Shown here one piece after another: positions 54,797 to 64,000 of a DNA stretch of 64,000 nt. The notes under the pieces are model-generated. The model ran no database searches. It worked only from the letters and a program-made list of their open reading frames with translations, and was not told where the DNA came from. A program made the position numbers and the translations under genes. Source of the stretch: Methanothrix sp. (GTDB taxonomy: Archaea; Halobacteriota; Methanosarcinia; Methanotrichales; Methanotrichaceae); assembly GCA_037128175.1 (NCBI GenBank), contig JBAXWY010000009.1:1-64000 (forward strand), written 5' to 3'. Position 1 is the stretch's first letter; every line of letters begins with the position of its first letter.

Positions 54797-55362
54797 TGGG
54801 ATACGAGGCATCGCTGGAGCTGGCCTGGGATGAGCTGGACAGGCTGGCCTTGCAGGACGGCACCGTCTCTCTCATGGGGGAAAATTACCAGATGAGATCG
54901 AGCGAAAGAGCGGTGTTGCTGGCCTGCGGCGCACCGGCCGGGCAGATGGAAGCAGTGCTCATTCTGCACTACCTGATCGGTCTTTTGCAGCACGGCTACC
55001 GCCCTCGGGGCGAGTGGATCTCCTTCAAAGAGACGAGGGACGGCAAGCTCTTCTGGCCTGCCTTCCAGGAGAGCGCCATAAAACCGCTGGTGCAGAGCTT
55101 TCACCGTGACCCGGAGGGCCTGGTGCGCAATTTGTCGGAGCGCCTGGGAGGCCGGAAGGTGGAGGGCGGGGATGTGGCAGAGGAGCTGGCCACGTTTCCT
55201 GGCGTATTCGTGAGGCTGATCTTCTGGAAGGGTGACGAGGAGCTGCCGCCCGAGGCGAGCCTGCTCTTTGACAGAGGGCTGACGGAAATCTACAGCACGG
55301 AGGATGTGGCGGTGCTGCTCATGGCGGTGGTGCAGAAGGCGATAGAATGGAAAGCTGATTGA
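54793..55362 (+). CDS. DUF3786 family protein
   Basis: LILHYL, GEWISFKE, W.GDEELPPEASLLFD and STED. Confidence 0.8.
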   Translation: MMGYEASLELAWDELDRLALQDGTVSLMGENYQMRSSERAVLLACGAPAGQMEAVLILHYLIGLLQHGYRPRGEWISFKETRDGKLFWPAFQESAIKPLVQSFHRDPEGLVRNLSERLGGRKVEGGDVAEELATFPGVFVRLIFWKGDEELPPEASLLFDRGLTEIYSTEDVAVLLMAVVQKAIEWKAD

Positions 55363-55388
55363 ATAGACATTTAATGCTATGACTTCGC

Positions 55389-55431
55389 GTCTTCGCGTGA
55401 AACCGGACCCTGTTGAATCTCACGCGAAGAC
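55389..55431. terminator. 12-bp inverted repeat between convergent genes (terminator- or REP-like)
   Basis: GTCTTCGCGTGA ... TCACGCGAAGAC. Confidence 0.5.
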
Positions 55432-55473
55432 TTGAATGACTTTAATTAGGCCAAGCTGTACTAATGCGCTATT

Positions 55474-55833
55474 TTAGGGCCAGTGAACCAGTCCCACCTT
55501 TGCCGCTTTCCTGGTGGCATTGCTGACTCCTGCTTTCGGGTCAGCGTTCCGAAAGTTATTGATGCTCGTAGTAAACATGTCCGACATCAAGCCACCTGGA
55601 TTCTTTTTGAATGCAGTGTTCTCAAATATAACTGGATTCATGTTGGTTAGATCGATAGCAAGCGGATTTCCCCAAATGAATCCCGGGTCCATTGGATTTA
55701 TTATGGTCCGGTTGATCGATTCGTTGACGACATCACGATTAGGATTTATCGTGTCCGAAGGTGATTGTGCAAGAACTGGAGCTATCAAGGCCATCAAAAC
55801 GGCTGCAATTACTGCTTTTCTCGAATATTTCAT
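55474..55833 (-). CDS. Secreted hypothetical protein
   Basis: Signal peptide and a GGAGG RBS. Confidence 0.7.
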   Translation of the reverse strand: MKYSRKAVIAAVLMALIAPVLAQSPSDTINPNRDVVNESINRTIINPMDPGFIWGNPLAIDLTNMNPVIFENTAFKKNPGGLMSDMFTTSINNFRNADPKAGVSNATRKAAKVGLVHWP

Positions 55834-55977
55834 ATAACGCCTCCTAGATGTGCATTTCTTCTTTTTAAAACACTGAAATACCGCCCACCCTACGGCAGAT
55901 GACGATATTAACTATGGCAGATTATATACTTTGCGGCATTATAACGGGTAGACTAAAATTAAAATAATTAAATAATA

Positions 55978-57378
55978 CTATTCTGCATATTCATAATGCC
56001 TGTATCCCTGATGATCGATCCTTACCAGGGCAAACTCGCCCCTAGGCGGCAGCACGCTCTTTTCCTTCTTCCCTTCGTGAAGCATCTCATAATCCTGCAA
56101 AGATATCTGCTTTCTCTCCTCCAGCCTCTGCAGCAGACCTCTCAAGGGCACAGATGCGACCTTTGGCTGTACTATGGCCGAGAAGAAGAGGGCCGAGCAT
56201 CCGCTGCCGTAAGCTCCGAAGCACAACCGTTCTTTGGCATGGATCTTCTGCATCTCCAGAAGGCTGGCCAGGCCCAGATAGATCGATCCGGTATAGATGT
56301 TTCCCACCTGGCGGGAGAGCGTGGCCGTATCCCTGACTTTGGCCTGGTAGGCTTGCAGGAATTGCTTTGACTTTGCGAAGCGCCGGGCATAGTCCGCCTC
56401 CGCCGCCTGATATTTCTCGATATCATTGTATTCCTGGGCCTCTGGCTCTCGTCCCAACTCTTGCTCGATCTCGCTGTATCTGCGGCTTCCTCTCCAGTCA
56501 TGCCTGAAGACGGCAGCAGAAGCGTATTCGACCATTCTGGGATAGGGAATATGAAAGAGAAGATGATCTACGAAATCGGTAACGCACTCGCCTTTTTCGG
56601 GCACAATTGCCTTCAATCGCTTCGCCCTGGCGGCAAATGAATCGAAGGCTCCTCGCATGGCATCCAGATAGCACTGATTGCTGTGCTTTCCGTTTACGAC
56701 TGCAGTTGTGCAGCCCATGGGCCGGAAGAAGTCGTTCTCGTCCCTGGTGAAGGTGCCGTAGATCTGCTCCAGGGCCAGCAGCCGGGGATTCTTTTTCACC
56801 AGCAGGGCCACGCTGCCCGCTCCCTGGGTGTACTCGCCCGCGGAGGCCAGCGGGTACTTGGCCACATCCGAGGCGATGACAATGCCCACCTTGCCTTCTT
56901 CTTCCGAAGCCGCCCAGTAGCTCTGGCTCTCCAGGGCAAAGGTTGTGCCGATGCAGGCCGCCTTGAACTCGACGGTGCTGCATTCTTGAAAAGAGCCCTT
57001 TCCGTAGATCTGCTCCAGCATGCCGATGACGTAGGTCCCCAGGGCCTTGGCCTCGTCCAGGGCCGACTCCGTTCCCACATAGATCTTGCCGATATCTTCC
57101 GGACGAAGGCCCGTTCGCCTCATCAGATCCAAAAGAGACATGGCCGCCATAGTGGCTGCATCCTCATGGGCATCGGGAACGGCCATGCGTTCGATGCCGA
57201 TTCCCTTAATCAGCTTGCCGGGATCTATGCCTCGATTATTGGAGAACTCTCCCGCCAGGGGAAGAAAGAGCCTGGGCACATAAACGGCTAAATCATCGAT
57301 TCCCACGGCCTTGTCTTCAGGCACAATCTCTGTAGGCATGTCTTCAATACTCCCGCTCAAGATTTGGCATATCCTCAC
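55978..57378 (-). CDS. Hydroxymethylglutaryl-CoA synthase (long bacterial/haloarchaeal type); start uncertain
   Basis: GIDDLAVYVP, VGTES, KAAC, GEYTQGAG, DFFRP, FHIPY, GNIYTGS and YGSG. Confidence 0.9.
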   Translation of the reverse strand: MRICQILSGSIEDMPTEIVPEDKAVGIDDLAVYVPRLFLPLAGEFSNNRGIDPGKLIKGIGIERMAVPDAHEDAATMAAMSLLDLMRRTGLRPEDIGKIYVGTESALDEAKALGTYVIGMLEQIYGKGSFQECSTVEFKAACIGTTFALESQSYWAASEEEGKVGIVIASDVAKYPLASAGEYTQGAGSVALLVKKNPRLLALEQIYGTFTRDENDFFRPMGCTTAVVNGKHSNQCYLDAMRGAFDSFAARAKRLKAIVPEKGECVTDFVDHLLFHIPYPRMVEYASAAVFRHDWRGSRRYSEIEQELGREPEAQEYNDIEKYQAAEADYARRFAKSKQFLQAYQAKVRDTATLSRQVGNIYTGSIYLGLASLLEMQKIHAKERLCFGAYGSGCSALFFSAIVQPKVASVPLRGLLQRLEERKQISLQDYEMLHEGKKEKSVLPPRGEFALVRIDHQGYRHYEYAE

Positions 57379-57489
57379 TGCTGGCTCATGCGTGGCTGGA
57401 TATTATTTCAGGTTTTTGCTTACCTCCAGAGGAAAATATATCAATGAGAAACGCCAGACTATGATTAGAATTTTAGGAGTGAAGGAAAT

Positions 57490-57708
57490 ATGACAGACGG
57501 AGATGTATACAAAATAATAGAACTGGTCGGAACTTCCAAAACGAGCTGGGAAGAAGCAGTTAAGACCGTTGTTGACAGGGCCACCAAAAGCCTGAGAGAC
57601 CTTCGAATCGCTGAGGTCAAGGAGTTGGATGTCCGGTTGGAGAACGGAAAGATCGCGGAGTACAGGGCCAAGGTAAGGCTCTCCTTTAAGTATGAGGGTG
57701 AAGATTAA
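57490..57708 (+). CDS. Dodecin family flavin-binding protein
   Basis: VYKIIELVGTS..SWEEA...LRDLR.AEV...YRAKV.LSFKY. Confidence 0.92.
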   Translation: MTDGDVYKIIELVGTSKTSWEEAVKTVVDRATKSLRDLRIAEVKELDVRLENGKIAEYRAKVRLSFKYEGED

Positions 57709-57755
57709 GATCTCGCCTAACTTCTATTTTTAGTAAACTGACCTATTTTCTCTAT

Positions 57756-58580
57756 TTATCCGCTTCGTTCATGTACCAGCTTGATCTCAAAGAGCTTTGG
57801 CCACAGCTTCCCGGTCACAAAGAGCCTATCTTCTAATGCGTCGTAGGCAATGCCGTTCAGAACATCCACTTTGTTGCCCTGAATATCGCTTTCCTGCAAG
57901 ATCCCTCGCATATTTATTTTGCCTTTCACCTCGCCGCTCTCGGGAGATACTATCACTATCCAGTTTGTAGGCCAGACATTGGCATAGATTTGCCCTTTGA
58001 TATACTCCAGCTCATTTAGTCCCTTAAGCGGCGTGCCGTTGGCTGTGACTTTAATCTGACCCATTTCCGCAAAGCTCTCAGGATCAAGAATATGCAGGAC
58101 GTCTGTGCCATCGCTCATGATCAAGCTCTTGTTGTCGGAGGTTATGCCCCAACCCTCTGTCGGGTAGCTGAAGTTGCCGATCCCTGTCAGATTCTCTTTG
58201 CCATAGACCAGGCCCCGGCCCGACTGCCAGGTGAGCTGAATGATCCGGTCTTTCCAGAGGGCTACGCCTTCACCAAATAAGGTGCTCTCCAGGTGCGTCT
58301 GCTTTAGAACGCGGCCCGTTTCCAGATCGACGCGGCGCAGCGTTGATCGCCCGTACAGCCCGGTTCCTTCGTAAAGCACTCCTTCGTCATATACCAGACC
58401 TTGAGTGAATGCGAGGCTGCTGTGAGGATAGGTATTGACGATTTGGTAGCCAAGGACAGGGATAGAGTCCGTCTCGACAAAATGAGAGCTGCCCTGCGAG
58501 GCAAAGAGCATAGCTGCTAAGAGCAGAACAGCCGGGAAGGCCAGGAGAATGAATCGTGATGAACAGGCTTTTTTTATCAT
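57756..58580 (-). CDS. Glutaminyl-peptide cyclotransferase (plant/bacterial type)
   Basis: YPH..AFTQGL, EGTGLYG, FGEG, QLTW, EGWG, LNELE, VLNGIA and TGKLWP. Confidence 0.92.
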   Translation of the reverse strand: MIKKACSSRFILLAFPAVLLLAAMLFASQGSSHFVETDSIPVLGYQIVNTYPHSSLAFTQGLVYDEGVLYEGTGLYGRSTLRRVDLETGRVLKQTHLESTLFGEGVALWKDRIIQLTWQSGRGLVYGKENLTGIGNFSYPTEGWGITSDNKSLIMSDGTDVLHILDPESFAEMGQIKVTANGTPLKGLNELEYIKGQIYANVWPTNWIVIVSPESGEVKGKINMRGILQESDIQGNKVDVLNGIAYDALEDRLFVTGKLWPKLFEIKLVHERSG

Positions 58581-58699
58581 GGAATCAGAAAGGTCTATTG
58601 ACCTCTGGATTTAAAAATTTTCCGCTATTGATCTGGGAATATCTGAGAAGGAAAGACGTAAATGCTAAGAATAGTATTACCAGATCAACAGGAGGTTTA

Positions 58700-59221
58700 A
58701 TGGAAACAGCATCCGGCAAAATATCATTAGTAATGGCCGACATCACCATGCTCAAGGTCGATGCCATCGTCAACGCCGCCAACAACTCTCTCCTGGGAGG
58801 CAAAGGTGTGGACGGGGCCATCCACAGCGCAGCGGGCCCACAGCTTCTGGAAGAATGCCGGCGCATCGGAGGCTGCCCGACGGGCGAGGCTTGCATCACC
58901 CGGGGCTACCACCTTGCTGCAAGATGGATAATTCATACCGTAGGACCCATCTGGCGAGGCGGAAACAACGACGAGGACGATCTATTGGCCGGCTGCTACA
59001 GGAACTGTTTTGCCCTGGCAGAGAAGCATGGCATAAAGAGCATAGCTTTCCCGGCTATCAGCGCCGGAGCTTATGGGTTTCCCATGGAGCGGGCATGCCG
59101 CATTGCCCTTGGAGAGATGAGCACTTTCCTGGATAAGTGTGACGAAATCGAGGTCATAGCCGTTTGCTTTAATACAAAAGCCTACCGGTGCTACCAGGAT
59201 GCCTTGCGAATCAGCTCATAA
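58700..59221 (+). CDS. Macro-domain O-acetyl-ADP-ribose deacetylase (YmdB-like)
   Basis: DIT..VDAIVNAAN.SLLGG.GVDGAIH, IHTVGP and AFPAIS.G.YGFP. GGAGG precedes the ATG at 58700. Confidence 0.92.
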   Translation: METASGKISLVMADITMLKVDAIVNAANNSLLGGKGVDGAIHSAAGPQLLEECRRIGGCPTGEACITRGYHLAARWIIHTVGPIWRGGNNDEDDLLAGCYRNCFALAEKHGIKSIAFPAISAGAYGFPMERACRIALGEMSTFLDKCDEIEVIAVCFNTKAYRCYQDALRISS

Positions 59222-60167
59222 AGTATATGCCTATCGCTACCACCAGGAAAGAAATTCCCTTCTGTTTCAAAGAACACCAATCCGTTTTTTCGTTCATCAC
59301 TTTTGCCAGCTTCGGCATAAGAATTCCCAGTCCCAGGACGAGGAACACCGTCATGATGGGCTGAAGTGCTCCTACGCTTGATACCATGGTAACCGATCCG
59401 ATGGCATAAGCGAATAGCGAGAAGATGATCCCCAGGAATTGGAAGATCTCCTCTGAGAGCAAAGTTCCCACGGCCAAGCCGCCCTGACCAAAGAAGTTCT
59501 TGACCTCGCTGCGTATGGATTGAATGCCCATGAGGGGCAAGACCACCATAAGACTTCCAATGGAGGACCAGATGTAGAGATTCCATTCATCGATGGAGAT
59601 GAGTAGATACTTGAGGGAAAGATAGTAGACGGCGGTTAAGGCCCAGTACGACAGGAAAGGCTTGATAGCAGGAGATAGGGCACTGAGAAATGGCTTGCTG
59701 TTTAAGCTATTGCTATTCTGGCCGTTACTGTACAAACCATTGCGATAAGATCCATTTCTTTTGTAGGATATTATAAGAGTTCCAACGAGAAGCAATAGCC
59801 CTCCAGCGCAATGTTTTAGCTCCATCACCTCCCCTAAAAGGAGGACGGAGCCTATGAATACAAACAAAGGATACACGTATTCCAGAGCGGCTACTTTTGA
59901 TGTTTCTTCAATCTTTAGGGCCTTCATGTAGAAGAAGGAGGGAAATACTTGCAAGCTTCCGAAGATAAGAGCAATGAGAGATTGCGGGTAGACAAAGTTT
60001 GCGCCTGCTATTAATAACACGGGGATGGTAAAGAACTGCGAGGCTAATACCTGGCATACGATGTAAGCATTGGAATCGTCTGTGTAGCTGCTGAGCAGAA
60101 ACTTATCAAGTAACCCAGCGACCGAGAAGAAGACAGTTCCTAAGAATGCGAATGCAAACCATTCCAG
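59211..60167 (-). CDS. EamA/DMT family transporter; probable CTG start
   Basis: The frame extends upstream of 60020 to CTG GAA TGG TTT GCA (EWFAFAFLG...LDKFLL), downstream of GGAGG and an in-frame TAA. Confidence 0.82.
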   Translation of the reverse strand: MEWFAFAFLGTVFFSVAGLLDKFLLSSYTDDSNAYIVCQVLASQFFTIPVLLIAGANFVYPQSLIALIFGSLQVFPSFFYMKALKIEETSKVAALEYVYPLFVFIGSVLLLGEVMELKHCAGGLLLLVGTLIISYKRNGSYRNGLYSNGQNSNSLNSKPFLSALSPAIKPFLSYWALTAVYYLSLKYLLISIDEWNLYIWSSIGSLMVVLPLMGIQSIRSEVKNFFGQGGLAVGTLLSEEIFQFLGIIFSLFAYAIGSVTMVSSVGALQPIMTVFLVLGLGILMPKLAKVMNEKTDWCSLKQKGISFLVVAIGIYFMS

Positions 60168-60566
60168 TTCAAATCCCTCCCATTAAATAATGCGTTTTTT
60201 TAAAGATGCTTAATGATAATGTTATCGTTTATCCGCATTTACTGTTCAAATCAATTGAATATCAATGTCATACTAGATATACTTATCTAATTTTCAATTT
60301 ATGAGACATCATAAATTAATAATTTTTTTATATAAGTTGCATCTTAAATACATTATTTGCTATTATATGTAATAATTGTGGAAAAATAATGATGAACAGT
60401 TTTACAAAAAGTTCTCAGACCACCAGATTTGACTTATATATTTATCATTAATCACGGGGTAGAGCCGACTAATAATAGGACAGAGAGAGCGTTTCGACAG
60501 GGACAGAAAGAACACGTACAAAAAAATGAGAGAAGTTGATAGTCATGAGGACTGCTCTCGGCCCCA

Positions 60567-61052
60567 TCATATCATAATCTCGTAGTTATCCTTGTGCGGA
60601 TTGATGAGCAGCCGTTCTGCAATCTCTCCCGCCTTTATCTGCGCTTCCGGCTTGAGGGTATTGAAGTACAGCTTCCAGACAGTGGCCTTCTTCACATCCA
60701 CCACATTCTCGAAGCCCAAGCGGCTTCGCAAGCGCTCTCTGATAGAGATGGCCTCGCCGTCTTCGATATGCAGGGCGACCTTGACCGGCACGTAGTCCTC
60801 CTCAAACATAAGCTCGTCGATAAGAACTATGTGGCTCTCTTTGTTCTCGTTGACCAGCTCCCTGGCAAAGCTCTTGGCCAGCTCCGCCGGGTCTCCGGAA
60901 TCCACCTCGATGGAAAACAAGCGCTCCTTTTTGACATCGGCCAGGACATTGCCAAAGCCCAGGCGCCGGATGAGCGTGTTCTTAACGGTGGCCGCCTCGG
61001 CATCGGGGATCTTCAGCCAGACGCGCAGATTGATCTTACGGTTCATGCTCAT
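60567..61052 (-). CDS. purS: PurS, tandem two-domain form
   Basis: Two similar halves (PDAEA.TV..TL..RLGF..V / DGEA.SI..RL..RLGF..V) ending LINP. Located in the purLQS cluster. Confidence 0.8.
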   Translation of the reverse strand: MSMNRKINLRVWLKIPDAEAATVKNTLIRRLGFGNVLADVKKERLFSIEVDSGDPAELAKSFARELVNENKESHIVLIDELMFEEDYVPVKVALHIEDGEAISIRERLRSRLGFENVVDVKKATVWKLYFNTLKPEAQIKAGEIAERLLINPHKDNYEIMI

Positions 61053-61909
61053 GCGTTCACCTCGATGTAGCGCTTCATGGATTCGAAGACCCTTCTGCCG
61101 GGACCGGGCTCATCGGGCCGCTGCTTTCTTGGATCGAAGGCGGGAAGCTGCCAGGCGAAAAATGCCCTTTCCGGGTGAGGCATCATGCCCAGGACATTTC
61201 CTGGCTCATTGCAGATGGCGGCTATGCTTTCTGTGCTGCCGTTCACATTGAAGGGAAACTCGTTTATGATCCGCCCGTTCCTGTCGCAGTAGCGGAAGAC
61301 CACCTGACCCTCGTCGTTAAGCTTTTTCATGAGGCCGGGGGTGGTAGTGACCAGATTTCCCTCGCCGTGGGCGATGGGGATCTTGAGCAGTGCTCCTCTC
61401 TCGATGGCAAAAGAGCCGCTGCACCTTTTAGAAGGCGCTTCATGCCGAAGGTTGACCCAGTCGCAGTAGTAGCCCCGTCGCACAATCTTTCCCTGGGAGA
61501 CCATCACGTTTTGGGCCAGGGCCATATCCACATTTGGCGAGCCCTTACCGCTGCCGCTGCCCATGCAGTTGCATTTGCTGCCATCTTTATCACAGCCAAT
61601 GCTCTTGCCGGGAAGAAGGCCCGTCTCCACCAGAATCTGAAATCCATTGCAGATGCCGATGATAGGCTTTCCAATGCCCGCCTCTTCTTTCAAGGCGCTC
61701 ATGACCGGCTCTTTGGAGGCTATAACTCCGGCCCGAAGCCGGTCCTGATAGGAGAAGCCTCCCGGTATGACAAATCCGTCAAAGCCCGAAAGCTCGCCAG
61801 CCGGCCGGTTCCAGCGAAAGATCTCGCCTTCCATGCCCACTGCTTTCACTGCTACCAGCGTCTCAAACTCGCAGTTCGTACCGGGAAACTGCAAAACTGC
61901 AATCTTCAT
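61049..61909 (-). CDS. purQ: Phosphoribosylformylglycinamidine synthase I (glutaminase)
   Basis: FPGTNC, PGGFSYQD, GICNGFQIL, AHGEG and GMMPHPER. Confidence 0.95.
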   Translation of the reverse strand: MKIAVLQFPGTNCEFETLVAVKAVGMEGEIFRWNRPAGELSGFDGFVIPGGFSYQDRLRAGVIASKEPVMSALKEEAGIGKPIIGICNGFQILVETGLLPGKSIGCDKDGSKCNCMGSGSGKGSPNVDMALAQNVMVSQGKIVRRGYYCDWVNLRHEAPSKRCSGSFAIERGALLKIPIAHGEGNLVTTTPGLMKKLNDEGQVVFRYCDRNGRIINEFPFNVNGSTESIAAICNEPGNVLGMMPHPERAFFAWQLPAFDPRKQRPDEPGPGRRVFESMKRYIEVNA

Positions 61910-64000
61910 CTCATCGCCTCCACCAGGCCAGTAGTCCAAGCATTCCTCGCCTCGTCCAGGTCCAGGTCGGCCACACACTCGCCTGCTCTTGACATCACAA
62001 TCCGTCTCTTGCCTGTAACTATGCCGATCTGCATCGGCTCCAGATTATAGCTCCTCAGAAGCTCCACCAGCCGGGCCTCGCTGCCCGCTTTTGCCTCCAG
62101 GACAAAGCCGGAGGACTCAGAGAACAGCAGCTTGTCGGTCCTCATGCCGATGTCGCCGCCCTGCACGCTGTCCAGGTCCAGCTCCAGTCCGAAGCGGGCC
62201 GGCCGGGTTAAGGCCATCTCGGCCACACTTGCTGCCAGGCCGCCGTTGGAGATATCGTGGGCTGCAGCCAGCAGGCCCTCATCGATGGCGTCGATTACGG
62301 CGTAGATCATATTCCTCTCCAGATCGAAGCGAACGATGGGCACGTTGGCGCCCATTTCTCCAAATATGGTTCGGTAGTACTCGGAGCCGCCCAGCTCATC
62401 AAACCTGGGCCCGATGAGGAAGAGTTTGTCGCCGGCTTTCTTAAGATCCATGGTGATGGCTTTGCTAAAGTCCTTCATGATGCCAACGCAGGCCACCACG
62501 GGCGATGGGTCCACCGATCCCTGGGGCGATTCGTTGTAGAAGCTGACGTTCCCGGAGACGATGGGCACGGCCTGCTGCTGGGCTTCGTAACCTTTGAGGT
62601 ACAGTTTCTTGCAGGACTCAGCCAGGCCCTTCACGCCTTCCCGGAACTCCCAGAAGGCCTCCGGTTTTTCCGGGTTGCCGTAATTAAGGCAGTCCGTCAA
62701 AGTGGAGGGAACAGCGCCGACTGCGGCCACATTTCGCATGGCCTCGGCCACGGCTGTTGCTCCACCCCAGTAAGGACTGATGCGCCCGTAAAAGGGATTG
62801 CTGTCCACGGCCAGGGCAATGCCAAACTTTTCGCCCCGCACCGGTGCAATCAGTCCGGCATCCGCCTCGCCCGGCCGGATCACGGCGTTGCCCATGACCT
62901 CAGTATCGTAGTAGCGGTAGACGTGCTCCCGGGAGGCGATGTTGGGCGACCGCAGAATCTGGAGAAGGACCTGATTGTAGTCAGCCGGCTCTGCCACATC
63001 CGGCTCGGCTACTTTTATGGTGCGCGGCAATTCCAGACGATTGTAGCGGATGCCTTCCGTCAAATGCTGGATGGGCACATCGCAGACCATCTCGCCTTTG
63101 TGCGTGACCGTAAATCGGTCGCCAGTGTTGATCTTTCCGACAACGCTGGCCCTTGCCCCCTCGTAGACGTTGGGCAGATCCCAGTCCTCGTTGTAGATCT
63201 TGAGAATCTTCTCGCGTAGCTCCGGAGGCGAGACGATGAGGAAGCGCTCCTGGGTCTCGGCGATGCTCAGCACCTCGGCGGGAAAGTCGGCAGCCGTGTG
63301 CATGTCGTCCAGGTTGATCTCCATGCCAAAGCCCCCGGAAGAGCCCATCTCTGATGTGGCGCAGGTAAAGCCGCCGCCGCCCAGATCCTTGAAGCCGATC
63401 TCAATTCCCTCTTCCCGGACCAGCCGGAAGAGATCGTCGTTGGCCTTGAAGAGCACGTTCTTGAGGAAGGGATCGGGGATCTGCACAGCGCCCCGGTTGG
63501 TCTCCTCGTCCTCTTCACGCAGAGCCTCTGAAGCGAAGGTGACGCCCCCCAGGCCCGAAGAATCAGTGGGCTTGCCGATCAAGATCACGTCGTAGCCCTT
63601 CTCTCCTGCCAGGGGCGGCGCGCGGGAGCGGATGATCTGGTCGCGCCGCACGATGCCGATAGAGACGACGTTGACCAGGCAGTTGTCGTCGAAGCTGTCA
63701 TTGAAGACGATGTCTCCTCCCATGTTGGGAACGCCCAGGGCATTGCCGTACTGCCAGATTCCATCCACCACGCCCTCTGCCACCCAGCGCACCTTGTTGG
63801 CCTTGGGGCCGTAGGGATTGCCGAAGCGCAGGGGATCGGCAGTAGCGACCACAGTGGCACCCATGCAGTTGACATCGCGGACGATGCCGCCGATGCCGGT
63901 GGCTGCACCCTCGTTGGGCAGGATCTGGCTGGGGTGGTTGTGGCTCTCGTGGGAGATGACGACGCACCACTTGTCGTCGATGGCCACAATTCCGGAGTCT
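61906..64000 (-). CDS. purL: Phosphoribosylformylglycinamidine synthase II (5' part outside the window)
   Basis: ESHNHPS, GAATGIGGIVRD, DLGGGG, ETQER, DCLNYGNP, SGNVSFYN and HDISNGGL. Confidence 0.96.
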   Translation of the reverse strand, partial: DSGIVAIDDKWCVVISHESHNHPSQILPNEGAATGIGGIVRDVNCMGATVVATADPLRFGNPYGPKANKVRWVAEGVVDGIWQYGNALGVPNMGGDIVFNDSFDDNCLVNVVSIGIVRRDQIIRSRAPPLAGEKGYDVILIGKPTDSSGLGGVTFASEALREEDEETNRGAVQIPDPFLKNVLFKANDDLFRLVREEGIEIGFKDLGGGGFTCATSEMGSSGGFGMEINLDDMHTAADFPAEVLSIAETQERFLIVSPPELREKILKIYNEDWDLPNVYEGARASVVGKINTGDRFTVTHKGEMVCDVPIQHLTEGIRYNRLELPRTIKVAEPDVAEPADYNQVLLQILRSPNIASREHVYRYYDTEVMGNAVIRPGEADAGLIAPVRGEKFGIALAVDSNPFYGRISPYWGGATAVAEAMRNVAAVGAVPSTLTDCLNYGNPEKPEAFWEFREGVKGLAESCKKLYLKGYEAQQQAVPIVSGNVSFYNESPQGSVDPSPVVACVGIMKDFSKAITMDLKKAGDKLFLIGPRFDELGGSEYYRTIFGEMGANVPIVRFDLERNMIYAVIDAIDEGLLAAAHDISNGGLAASVAEMALTRPARFGLELDLDSVQGGDIGMRTDKLLFSESSGFVLEAKAGSEARLVELLRSYNLEPMQIGIVTGKRRIVMSRAGECVADLDLDEARNAWTTGLVEAMR

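Noticed and set aside
60190-60460. Very AT-rich intergenic tract as a replication origin
   Set aside because: No ORB-like repeats or cdc6/orc1 nearby. More simply explained as the EamA promoter region.

Overview
Archaeal chromosomal segment, most likely from a Methanothrix (Methanosaeta)-like methanogen. This is inferred from an AMP-forming acetyl-CoA synthetase paralog, CDC48, PolB2, TATA-type promoters and many signal-peptide proteins. 1-11.7 kb is the distal half of a type 1 BREX locus (pglX ... pglZ, brxL). Its pglX-pglZ interval is a cargo hotspot holding a GNAT toxin-antitoxin pair flanked by a duplicated pglX 3' end, an orphan antitoxin with a truncated RelE-like toxin, an AIPR gene, and two stacked gene remnants carrying arrays of GTCTAAA/TTTAGAC boxes. 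11.7-18 kb encodes membrane and secreted proteins, including a transglutaminase-CBM-WD40 chimera. Next come an AddAB-like helicase-nuclease pair, cdc48, a solo IS200/IS605 tnpB element with nested palindromes in its left end, a mscL-TPR-HEAT cluster, a motif-degenerate acs and polB2. The rest holds SRPBCC/VOC genes, uvrC, feoB, a frameshift-split TIR / NB-ARC-TPR gene, an RlmJ-like methyltransferase, a K+ channel, HicAB modules, HMG-CoA synthase and purLQS. The most notable unexplained signal is a dispersed GC-rich repeat family (core GGCAGGCGGGCC) that brackets small cargo genes at 38.3-40.4 kb and 52.0-53.2 kb. No tRNA, rRNA or CRISPR array was seen. All family calls come from motif recognition by eye; no searches were run.
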